The notes: generated from the letters alone by a model not told the origin. Counted from the first letter of the stretch, positions 29,868-38,211 are shown. The stretch: DNA of 64,000 bases from an uncultured Christensenellaceae bacterium (GCA_910588645.1 CAJUOY010000008.1:8946-72945); one strand, 5' to 3'. A program made the numbers and translations.

Positions 29868-29960
29868 AAAAAACCCTCTCTTTCGAGGGGTTGGGAAAAA
29901 CGGCATAACTTCAGTTACACCAAATTCAACCTTTACCCTCAGGTCGCTATACACGCCTTT
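29868..29960 (-). promoter_or_regulatory. Leader with a terminator-like, SD-sequestering hairpin directly before the start codon
   Basis: Minus strand reads CCCCTC-GAAA-GAGAGGG-TTTTTT-ATG. An upstream GAGGG (in cctgagggtaaagg) could pair alternatively with CCCTC. Confidence 0.35.
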
Positions 29961-29999
29961 AAATTCAGATTAATAAATATATTTCTTTAAAAGTCATTG

Positions 30000-32216
30000 T
30001 TATCTGCGCTTATTGTAGTTGATAAGACAGCCGTCAAGAATAATATCTCTTTCCTCATCGGTCAACGCGCCGATGTCAAGCATAATATTCTTGACCTTAC
30101 CTTCCGAAACGTGTTTTGCGGGAATTGCCGTTGCCTTTTCCTTAAGAAGTTCGGAAAGGTTTTCTATATAAATGAAATCTCCTGTTTTAAAATCGAAATT
30201 ACGGCATATAAACGGCAACATACCCCAATTAATCAGATTGGAGCGATATCTCTTTGTAGCATATTCCAACGCAACGTTAGCTAATCCACCCAAAACACGT
30301 TGGCAGGACGCCGCCTGTTCGCGGGCAGAGCCGTCACCCGGCTTTTTTGCCGCGACAAAACTTGCGTATACAGTATCTGGAGCAATTTTAATTCCCACTT
30401 CTTTCAACAACTCGTCGGTAAACTTTCCGCTTGCCTTTCTGTTTTCCTCTTCCGCCTTGATTGCCTTAGCTCTTCCGACGTAGGCAGGATCTTTTCTCGA
30501 CAGCGCAAATTCGGCAAGCCTTAATGGATTTGAACGATACGAAGAAGTTTCTCCAGAAGGGATTAATTCGTCTGTTGTCGTAACCTCGTCGTAAAGAACG
30601 CTTGCCGCCCTGAGCAGAACATTTTTCGGCAGAGACAGTTGTTCGGGATAATCTGCAATATTTTTTCCGTAAACAAGTTGTTCCTCGGGGCGCGGATTCC
30701 CTACGCCGCGGTACACTCTTTTTTCATAAATGCTTTTATCAAAGTAATATTTTTTTATCTTTCTCACATACTCGAATTCGGTTGCGGGCGTAAGAACACC
30801 GCCGTTTGCCGCAGTTGCGGCTATGGAGCGGGCGTCTATAAGCGCCACGGCCGACAGTTGGCCTTCTGCCGGCTTGCTTCCCTCTCTGTTTTCGAAATTA
30901 CGCGTTGTGTGTCTTATGGAAAGCCCGTTATTTGCGGGAGTGTCGCCCGCGCCGAAACAGGGCCCGCAGAAAGCAGGTTTTACAACTGCGCCTACGCCTA
31001 TAAGCGAAGAAATATATCCGTTATCTGCAAGGCATTTGAATACGGGCTGGCTCATAGGATATATACTCATCGAAAAATCCGCGCCGTTTATCCCCTCTTT
31101 CAGAATTTCGGAAGCTTCGGCTATATTCTCATAAGAACCGCCTGCACAACCCGCTATTATTCCCTGATTAACGTAAACTTTTCCGTTTTTGATTTTATCG
31201 CGCAACTTAAAACCGCCGCCTGTGATCTTGTTGCCCGTGTTTTCCGCAATAGCAAGCAGATCTTCGGCATTATCCAAAAATTCGGCAATCGTAAACGCGT
31301 TGGACGGATGAAACGGCAAAGCTATCATCGGCTCTATGCGCGATAAATCGATAACGACCGCGCCGTCGTAATATGCAGGCTCGGACGGTTTTAATTCTCT
31401 GTAATCTTTCGCCCGCCCATGAATTTTATAGTATTCTTCTACAGCCGCGTCGGTCTCCCACACAGATGAAAGACAAGCGGTTTCCGTAGTCATTACGTCT
31501 ATCCCGCATCTAAAATCCAAAGATAGATTTTTAATTCCGGGGCCAACAAATTCCAAAACCTTATTTTTCAAAAAACCCTTTTTAAACGTTGCCGCTATCA
31601 ATGCGAGCGATACGTCGTGAGGACCTACGCCTTTTTTAGGCTTTCCTTTGAGATAAACAGCCACAATTTCGGGCATTTTAACGTCATAAGTCTTGCCCAA
31701 AAGCTGCTTGACGATTTCCCCCCCGCCTTCTCCTATTGCCATTGAGCCGAGCGCACCGTACCGCGTATGGCTGTCCGAACCGAGAAACATTTTTCCGCAG
31801 CAAGCTTCGGATTCTCTCATATATGCGTGGATAACGGCAAGGTTTGCGGGCACATAATTTCCACCGTACTTTTTAGCGGCGGATAGCCCGAACGCGTGAT
31901 CGTCTCCGTTTATGGTTCCGCCTACGGCACAAAGAGAATTGTGACAATTCGTAAGAGTATAAGGAGTTTTAAATTCGCTCATACCGGAAGCTTTGGCGGA
32001 CTGAATTATATTTACGTAAGTTATATCGTGCGAAACCAAACCGTCGAAAGCAATCTTCAAATTTTCACTATCGCCCTTATTGTGCGCGGAAAGTATACCG
32101 TAAGTAATAGTACCTTTCTGCGCTGCACGTTTCTTTTTATCAACCATAAACGCAACGCTTTCTTTCACTATAGCGCCGCTCATATAATATACTCCGCCTT
32201 TAATAAGCTTTATCAT
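30000..32216 (-). CDS. Aconitase-family [4Fe-4S] hydratase (large and swivel domains fused)
   Basis: 738 aa. GSDSHT, AGCAGGSYEN and CGPCFG cluster/active-site motifs, with a C-terminal swivel-like domain (KPGDGSAREQAA). An alternative start at ATG 32183 has a GGCGGAG SD. Confidence 0.8.
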   Translation of the reverse strand: MIKLIKGGVYYMSGAIVKESVAFMVDKKKRAAQKGTITYGILSAHNKGDSENLKIAFDGLVSHDITYVNIIQSAKASGMSEFKTPYTLTNCHNSLCAVGGTINGDDHAFGLSAAKKYGGNYVPANLAVIHAYMRESEACCGKMFLGSDSHTRYGALGSMAIGEGGGEIVKQLLGKTYDVKMPEIVAVYLKGKPKKGVGPHDVSLALIAATFKKGFLKNKVLEFVGPGIKNLSLDFRCGIDVMTTETACLSSVWETDAAVEEYYKIHGRAKDYRELKPSEPAYYDGAVVIDLSRIEPMIALPFHPSNAFTIAEFLDNAEDLLAIAENTGNKITGGGFKLRDKIKNGKVYVNQGIIAGCAGGSYENIAEASEILKEGINGADFSMSIYPMSQPVFKCLADNGYISSLIGVGAVVKPAFCGPCFGAGDTPANNGLSIRHTTRNFENREGSKPAEGQLSAVALIDARSIAATAANGGVLTPATEFEYVRKIKKYYFDKSIYEKRVYRGVGNPRPEEQLVYGKNIADYPEQLSLPKNVLLRAASVLYDEVTTTDELIPSGETSSYRSNPLRLAEFALSRKDPAYVGRAKAIKAEEENRKASGKFTDELLKEVGIKIAPDTVYASFVAAKKPGDGSAREQAASCQRVLGGLANVALEYATKRYRSNLINWGMLPFICRNFDFKTGDFIYIENLSELLKEKATAIPAKHVSEGKVKNIMLDIGALTDEERDIILDGCLINYNKRR

Positions 32217-32311
32217 ACGAGAAAATCCTCACTCTGTTTAAATTATTTTAACACTTTAATCATATAAATTCAATAGTTTGTATCGGAAAATCGGATTTTA
32301 GCGGAAATTTG

Positions 32312-32340
32312 TTGCAATTTTCACAAACCGCAGTTATAAT
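32312..32340 (+). promoter_or_regulatory. Sigma-A-type promoter ending 6 nt before the ATG at 32347 (candidate leaderless transcript)
   Basis: TTGCAA, a 17-nt spacer, TATAAT, then acggct and ATG. Confidence 0.45.
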
Positions 32341-32346
32341 ACGGCT

Positions 32347-32835
32347 ATGAGAATTTTCAAATACAAATTTACAAAGCTTATGACGGCTTTTATCTATTTC
32401 GGACTTGTTCTGTCCGTTGCAGCCGCCGGAGTAAACACATATTACATTATTGCAGACGGCATAAAATCCGCCGCAAATCCCGTTTATCCCATTATCACTT
32501 ATTCGTTGATGTACGTTGTTTCAATTCTCTTATTTGTAATATTATTGAGCCTTCTCTTTTCTTCCTATTATTCTATAGACGGACAGACGTTTAAAACAAG
32601 TTTCGGAATTATAAAAAGCAAGTACGACGTTAAAAAAATCGACAGTATCGTATTGGATAGAGAAACTAACAAACTTTCCGTATTCTTCAACGAACACACA
32701 TTTATCGTCATTGCAGTCAAGGAAGAATGGTACGAAGAATTTATAAACGAACTGCTAAAAGCAAACAATAAGATTGAGTACACAATAAACTCAAAAGAGA
32801 ACAAACCAGACGACGAAAACAAAAATAAAAAATAA
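32347..32835 (+). CDS. Membrane protein with two TM helices and a bacterial PH-like (YdbS/bPH_2-like) C-terminal domain
   Basis: 162 aa. Two hydrophobic helices, then a soluble domain and a K/N/E-rich tail. Followed by a strong terminator. Confidence 0.6.
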   Translation: MRIFKYKFTKLMTAFIYFGLVLSVAAAGVNTYYIIADGIKSAANPVYPIITYSLMYVVSILLFVILLSLLFSSYYSIDGQTFKTSFGIIKSKYDVKKIDSIVLDRETNKLSVFFNEHTFIVIAVKEEWYEEFINELLKANNKIEYTINSKENKPDDENKNKK

Positions 32836-32841
32836 AATTAT

Positions 32842-32877
32842 AAAGCCGCCTTTGTTATTTGCAACAAAGGCGGCTTT
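32842..32877. terminator. Bidirectional intrinsic terminator
   Basis: Perfect stem aaagccgcctttgtt / aacaaaggcggcttt with a 6-nt loop, between convergent genes. Confidence 0.7.
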
Positions 32878-32879
32878 AT

Positions 32880-33038
32880 TTACTTTTCTTTTTTATGCTT
32901 ACCGCAATCCGTGCAACCGCACTCGGAGCAATCGCAACATCCGCCTTTACTAGTTACTTTTTTATAAATCAAATAAACTATAACTCCGACAACGGCAAGA
33001 CCGACTGTAACTACAACCGCAATATCCACTGCGTTCAT
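32880..33038 (-). CDS. FeoB-associated Cys-rich small membrane protein
   Basis: My own translation gives MNAVDIAVVVTVGLAVVGVIVYLIYKKVTSKGGCCDCSECGCTDCGKHKKEK (52 aa): one TM helix plus a Cys-rich tail. Its ATG overlaps the feoB stop (ATGA). It is below the ORF-track size cut-off. Confidence 0.75.
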   Translation of the reverse strand: MNAVDIAVVVTVGLAVVGVIVYLIYKKVTSKGGCCDCSECGCTDCGKHKKEK

Positions 33039-35359
33039 TTTAATTTATCTCCTTTTTTATTTTTAGAAAACAACGAAAGCATGTCAAACTTTCCGATATT
33101 TCGTAGCACGATTAAAACCACGATAGCTGAAACGGCAGTCAACCAAATAAATACCGTCCACCACCACGCGCCGACCGTATAAATCATAGCAGCAGTTATA
33201 TAGCTTGCCGCAAGCCAGAAAATAAGCGTAAATTTAAACTTGCCCTTAGGCAATTCCGCCTTTGCCGTGGCGCAAGCCGCAAAGCAAGGAACGGTCAACA
33301 TATTGTACGCGATAAATGAAATCAATGCAGAAATAAATGCCGCTTGCGAAACTCCGCTATCTACAGCAATAAGATTTATCAGTCCAGCTAACTCTTCCAC
33401 TCCGCCTTCCGTTCCCGTTCCAGCGTACGCGCCGACGCAGATCGCCAGTGTTGTAAAAGTTGCTATAACGTTTTCCTTCGCAACAAGCCCTGTAACCGCA
33501 GCTACGGCAAACACCCAACCGAATTTTCCCAGCTGAGATCCGAAACCCAGCGGAGTGAATAACGGCTGAATAAACATACCTACGGAAGCAAGTATCGATT
33601 GTTGCATTTCAATATCGGACAAATATCGCCAGTTCCAGGATAAGTGAGATAAAAGCCAGATAATTACCGTAGAAGCAAAAATAATCGTGAACGCTTTCTT
33701 AACGAAATGTTTGGCCTTATCCCAAAGATGAAGCATAAGATTTTTAAATCTCGGCAAATGATATGACGGAAGCTCCATAATAAACGGCGGCGTTTCTCCT
33801 CTCAACGAAGTATTTCTCATAAGCAAAACGCACAGCACGGCAGTGCATATTCCCAGAAGATACATACCATATGTTATCAAATCCGCGTTTCCCACTCCGA
33901 ATGCCGTCACAATCCCACCTGCTACCGCAGTTAAAATCGGCAATTTTGCCCCACAGGAAAAGAAAGGAATTACGCGTATAGTTGCCGTTCTTTCCTTTTC
34001 ATCGGAAAGGGTTCTTGTATTTATTGCCGCAGGAACTGAACAGCCGAAGCCCATTATCATCGGCATAAACGCGCGCCCCGACAACCCGAATTTACGAAAA
34101 ATTCTGTCAAGAACGAAAGCGATCCTCGCCATATAACCGCTGTCTTCGAGTATAGAAAAGAACATAAACAGCACAAGTATCTGAGGCAAAAAGCCCAAAA
34201 CCGCAAAAATACCACCGAGTATTCCGTCACCGACAAGCCCCGTCGCCCACTCTGCGGCGGCACCGTTTTCCATTAAAGTTATTACTCCGTCTGAAATATG
34301 ATCGAGAAATAGGTTAAGAAAATTGGTAAGGATTACACCCGGAGAGTAAACTGCACCATCGTACAACGCAGCCAAAACTTCAACGCCGAAATTATTATAT
34401 TCAATAACTCCGTCGGTTTCGCTTGCTAATCCAAGTTCAACAAGCGTCGGCATCCAGGCTTGATTATCCGTAAAACCATTCAGAAATAAAAGATTTTCCG
34501 AAAAAGTTAAATGAAATACCGCCAACAAAATTACAAGGAATATGGGTATAGCCCAAATCTTATGAGTTAAAACCCTGTCGATTTTGTCTGACTTCGTAAT
34601 AATATTTTTACCGCTTTTCACCTTTACTTTAGAAAGTTTTTCCGATATATATTTGTATCTTCCGTCTGCTATTTCAGCTTCGTAATCTATGTCTTTGGAA
34701 ATCAAGTCAAGTGGTCCCTCAACGCCGCCGCAAGCCAATTCAAGCTCGTCGTTTTCAAGCAATTTTATTGCGTGAAAGAGCGGCGACTTTGCATTTTCTT
34801 TCTCATAAAAAGCTTTTGCCGTCGCAATGCTCTCTTTTAACCGTTCACTAAGAACAGTATATCCTACACGTGTTTTGGGAAGAGCCGTCGCTCTGTCCAT
34901 AAGTTCTTTTATCCCCTTACTTTTTAAAGCAGAGATTGCCACCACGGGAACGCCGAGTTTCTCTTCAAGAGCCTTTACATCTATACTGTCGCCGACTTTT
35001 TCAACTTCGTCTAACATATTCAAAGCCACTATCATTGGCACATCCATTTCCAATAACTGCGTGGTAAGATATAAATTACGCTCGAGATTGGTTGCGTCTA
35101 CTATATTTATTATACCGTCGGGAGCTTCATTTAATATGTAATTCCGTGAAATTATTTCTTCCGGAGTATAAGGCGATAGCGAATATATACCCGGCAAATC
35201 TACTATATTAATTTTTATCTTACTGCTCTTATATATTCCCTCGCGTTTATCAACCGTGACGCCCGGCCAATTACCGACGTGCGCCGTCGAACCTGTAAGC
35301 GCATTGAAGAGCGTAGTTTTACCACAATTCGGATTACCCGCCAAAGCAAAAGTTTTCAT
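33035..35359 (-). CDS. feoB: Ferrous iron transporter B
   Basis: G-domain motifs GNPNCGKTTLFNALTG, DLPGIYSL and NMLD, followed by a polytopic membrane domain. Start trimmed to ATG 35359, overlapping the feoA stop. Confidence 0.95.
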   Translation of the reverse strand: MKTFALAGNPNCGKTTLFNALTGSTAHVGNWPGVTVDKREGIYKSSKIKINIVDLPGIYSLSPYTPEEIISRNYILNEAPDGIINIVDATNLERNLYLTTQLLEMDVPMIVALNMLDEVEKVGDSIDVKALEEKLGVPVVAISALKSKGIKELMDRATALPKTRVGYTVLSERLKESIATAKAFYEKENAKSPLFHAIKLLENDELELACGGVEGPLDLISKDIDYEAEIADGRYKYISEKLSKVKVKSGKNIITKSDKIDRVLTHKIWAIPIFLVILLAVFHLTFSENLLFLNGFTDNQAWMPTLVELGLASETDGVIEYNNFGVEVLAALYDGAVYSPGVILTNFLNLFLDHISDGVITLMENGAAAEWATGLVGDGILGGIFAVLGFLPQILVLFMFFSILEDSGYMARIAFVLDRIFRKFGLSGRAFMPMIMGFGCSVPAAINTRTLSDEKERTATIRVIPFFSCGAKLPILTAVAGGIVTAFGVGNADLITYGMYLLGICTAVLCVLLMRNTSLRGETPPFIMELPSYHLPRFKNLMLHLWDKAKHFVKKAFTIIFASTVIIWLLSHLSWNWRYLSDIEMQQSILASVGMFIQPLFTPLGFGSQLGKFGWVFAVAAVTGLVAKENVIATFTTLAICVGAYAGTGTEGGVEELAGLINLIAVDSGVSQAAFISALISFIAYNMLTVPCFAACATAKAELPKGKFKFTLIFWLAASYITAAMIYTVGAWWWTVFIWLTAVSAIVVLIVLRNIGKFDMLSLFSKNKKGDKLK

Positions 35360-35586
35360 AACGTTTCCACCTCCACGCATCCTGCTTCCTCTTTTCTTAA
35401 CGTAAGTTCGTATCCCCGCAAATTTATCTCTATAGGATCTCCCAAGGGAGCTTTTTTACGCATTGTCAGCTCGGCCCCGGGAGTAACGCCCATATCGAAA
35501 AGTCTGCGTCTGATTCTTCCCTCGCCTTTTACCGAGACGACCACTCCGCGATCGCCGCATTTAAAATCACTTAATAACTTTTTCAT
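35356..35586 (-). CDS. feoA: FeoA family protein
   Basis: 76 aa SH3-like FeoA (RRLFDMGVTPGAELTMRKKAPLGDPIEI). Confidence 0.9.
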   Translation of the reverse strand: MKKLLSDFKCGDRGVVVSVKGEGRIRRRLFDMGVTPGAELTMRKKAPLGDPIEINLRGYELTLRKEEAGCVEVETL

Positions 35587-35666
35587 TGTTACTCCTTTTA
35601 ATTGCTATATTAAAATTAACTTAGGTTTATTTTTTAGGTATTTTTTAACCCGCGCAAGCGGGCTTT

Positions 35667-35879
35667 TTAAGCGACCAAAATTCGTCCTGCAAGCGTTTTA
35701 TCAAGACACAGCCTGCCTTCTTTAACAATTACTATGACGTTGCCGCCGTCGGAAGACAATAAAGTTATCTTACCCCCTACCGTTATTCCCATCTCCTGTA
35801 AATGCTTTCTGATTGATTCCTGCACGTTGACTTTTTTGATTTCCAACTCTCTGTTTTTCGATGCAAAAGCTAAAGGCAT
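35667..35879 (-). CDS. feoA: FeoA family protein (second copy)
   Basis: 70 aa. LQEMGITVGGKITLLSSDGGNVIVIV is FeoA-like. GGAG SD. Confidence 0.85.
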   Translation of the reverse strand: MPLAFASKNRELEIKKVNVQESIRKHLQEMGITVGGKITLLSSDGGNVIVIVKEGRLCLDKTLAGRILVA

Positions 35880-35920
35880 AAATTACTCCTTTAAAATATT
35901 AACCGTAATTAACATTTTAT

Positions 35921-35949
35921 ATTATATTCGCCGTTTATGAAATTGTCAA
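35921..35949 (-). promoter_or_regulatory. Consensus sigma-A promoter of the feo operon
   Basis: Minus strand reads TTGACA, a 17-nt spacer, then TATAAT (counted base by base). Confidence 0.55.
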
Positions 35950-36000
35950 CAAAAAAATAACCAAAGTTAAGTTTTTTTTGTAATTTTTTTTAAATAAAAA

Positions 36001-36021
36001 GCGGCGCGTCGTCCGCACCGC
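36001..36021 (-). terminator. Intrinsic terminator after the two-component operon
   Basis: Minus strand has stem gcggtgcg / cgcgccgc (8 bp, one G-U pair), followed by tttttattt. Confidence 0.6.
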
Positions 36022-36039
36022 CCGATAATTGAATTTAAT

Positions 36040-37461
36040 TTATAATTCCGAAGGAACGCAAGGAAAATCTATCCAGAACGTAGATCCGGCGCCCAACTCG
36101 CTATCGACGCCAAAATCAAACGAATGATTTTCAAGTATTGCCTTGACTATGTTCAGTCCCAATCCCGTACCTTTTACAGGCCGTGTATGATTTTCCTTAA
36201 CCCTGTAATACCTGTTCCATATTTCGTCTAATTCCTCCCGCGCAATACCTTTACCGGTATCACGCACGGAAAACTTAACGCGTTTACCGTCCATAGAGGT
36301 TTTAAGACTTATAAATACAGTCTTGTCCTCTCCCGTATAGTTAGCGGCGTTACCTAACAGATTATATATTACCTGGCTAATCTTCTCTTCGTCGGCGCGC
36401 GTATATATATTCGCATCGATATCAACCATAAGATTATAGCCCTGGCTCTCCTGTAAATAACCGAATTTATTTATTATTCCGTAAACAAGCTCGGTCAAGT
36501 TAAACACTTTGAAATTCAAGGCATCTATATTTGATTGAAGCTTGGACACGCTAAGAACGTCGTTTACAAGTCCCGTAAGCCTGTCCGCCTCGTCTATTAT
36601 AACCTGAATATGCTTTTCACGCTTGACCTTATCGTCTCCCGATATTTCCTTTATCATTGACGCGTACGCCTTTATCATAGTCAACGGCGTTTTAAGATCG
36701 TGCGTCACGTTGGCCAAAATCTCACGCTGGAAATCTTCGCTCTTTTTTACCTCGTCCCTAACATAGTTCAACGTATCGGAAAGTTTAGCAAGCTCCTGAT
36801 AATCAACGTTATTGAACTCAACTTTATAATCGCGCTTTGCAAGCCTTACCGCAGAATCGGACATAGTTTTAAGTCCGGACGTAATTTTACTCGAAAACAC
36901 ACTTGAAACAAGAAAGGCGATAAATACTACTCCTATACCGATAAGCAACAAGTAAATCTGCAAATTGCGAACAGTGTCCTGCACTATCGACAGCGAATAC
37001 GACACAAGCAAGTAATGCGGTTTGCCAATATACTCCGCACAGGAAACGTAATAGATATTCCCCGAAGCCCTGAATACTTCCGACATACCTACCCGCTCCA
37101 AAGCCACAAGCCGTTCCTTGACGTTATCTATTCCGCCCATAGCCTCGTCGTAATCGCGGGGCGCAACGACCTCCCAGTCCCTTGACACGAGCAAAACGTT
37201 TACACCTTCACGACGATTGCGATAAATACTCTCCTCCAGTTCAAAAGGATTTCTCAACTGGGCTTCTACTTCACGACCGATACTCGTAATTCTATCGCGC
37301 GCCTGATTTTCAAACGTATTCGAAACGATAATAAAAAACACGACTTCAATAAGCACGGTTAAAAGAATTGCCAACAGGACGAAATAGCGCCACATCGCGC
37401 CGCTTACGCTTTTGGGCTTTTTAATTTTTTTTATTTCTTTTTGACCGCCGTCAGACTTCAA
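36040..37461 (-). CDS. Sensor histidine kinase
   Basis: 473 aa. Two TM segments, H-box HDLKTPLT, N-box LLGNAANYT, and G-boxes DTGKGI and GTGLGL. Confidence 0.9.
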   Translation of the reverse strand: MKSDGGQKEIKKIKKPKSVSGAMWRYFVLLAILLTVLIEVVFFIIVSNTFENQARDRITSIGREVEAQLRNPFELEESIYRNRREGVNVLLVSRDWEVVAPRDYDEAMGGIDNVKERLVALERVGMSEVFRASGNIYYVSCAEYIGKPHYLLVSYSLSIVQDTVRNLQIYLLLIGIGVVFIAFLVSSVFSSKITSGLKTMSDSAVRLAKRDYKVEFNNVDYQELAKLSDTLNYVRDEVKKSEDFQREILANVTHDLKTPLTMIKAYASMIKEISGDDKVKREKHIQVIIDEADRLTGLVNDVLSVSKLQSNIDALNFKVFNLTELVYGIINKFGYLQESQGYNLMVDIDANIYTRADEEKISQVIYNLLGNAANYTGEDKTVFISLKTSMDGKRVKFSVRDTGKGIAREELDEIWNRYYRVKENHTRPVKGTGLGLNIVKAILENHSFDFGVDSELGAGSTFWIDFPCVPSEL

Positions 37462-38113
37462 ATTTATACCCCAATCCGCGTAAAGTTATAATAAATTTTC
37501 TGTACTGTTTAAGATTGGAACGAAGCATTTTAATATGAGTATCCACGGTTCTGTCGTCTCCGTAGAAATCAAAGCCCCATACGTCCATAAGAAGTTTTTC
37601 GCGTGTGAGCGCTATGCCCTTGTTTTTTACGAAATAAAACAATATTTCATATTCCTTGGGCGTAAGCTCTGCTTTCTCTCCGTCGACGAATACATTTCTT
37701 CCCACCATATCGATAGTCAGTCCCTCAAAGGTTACAACGTCGTTGACGTTCTCCTGTGCGCCTCGCTTCAACACAGCGTGTATTCGCGCCATAACTTCCT
37801 TGGGAGAAAACGGCTTTGTAACGTAATCGTCAACGCCTATTTCAAAACCGAATAATTTATCGTACTCCTCGCCGCGCGCAGAAAGCATAATAACGGGGAC
37901 ATTCTTTATTTTCTTGATTTCCTTAACCGCCGAAAAACCGTCAAGCCTGGGCATCATAACGTCCATAAGAATTATATCGAAATCGTTTTCACGGCAAAGC
38001 TTCACCGCCTGCATTCCGTCTACTGCTTCAAAGGCCGTTCCGCCCTCAAACTCGACATACTCTTTCAATACACACCTTATCATCTCTTCATCGTCAACAA
38101 TTAGTACTTTCAT
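37451..38113 (-). CDS. OmpR/PhoB-family response regulator
   Basis: 220 aa. Receiver domain (VDDEE, LMDVMMP, K-containing loop) plus a winged-helix domain (LTPKEYEILFYF, RGLGYKF). Confidence 0.9.
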   Translation of the reverse strand: MKVLIVDDEEMIRCVLKEYVEFEGGTAFEAVDGMQAVKLCRENDFDIILMDVMMPRLDGFSAVKEIKKIKNVPVIMLSARGEEYDKLFGFEIGVDDYVTKPFSPKEVMARIHAVLKRGAQENVNDVVTFEGLTIDMVGRNVFVDGEKAELTPKEYEILFYFVKNKGIALTREKLLMDVWGFDFYGDDRTVDTHIKMLRSNLKQYRKFIITLRGLGYKFEV

Positions 38114-38211
38114 AGCTTCCTCCTATTTTGATTGTAACCTCTTTAAGTTAAATGCAATCAATATTCTTATGAAATATATGTGAAAAAATCAAATTTGACG
38201 TCCAAATTCTG

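Noticed and set aside
29868-29999. TPP (THI-box) riboswitch upstream of the NMT1/THI5-like ABC operon
   Set aside because: There is a CUGAGG and a GUUAUGCC. The conserved GGGGUGC, ACCC, ACCUGAUCUGGAUAAUGCCAGCG and GGGAA blocks and the expected helices are missing. It is kept only as an unassigned leader.
32859-33182. 107-aa plus-strand ORF overlapping the feoB 3' end
   Set aside because: It starts inside a terminator stem and runs antisense through the Cys-rich peptide gene and feoB. The minus-strand 52-aa ORF, translationally coupled to feoB, explains this region better.
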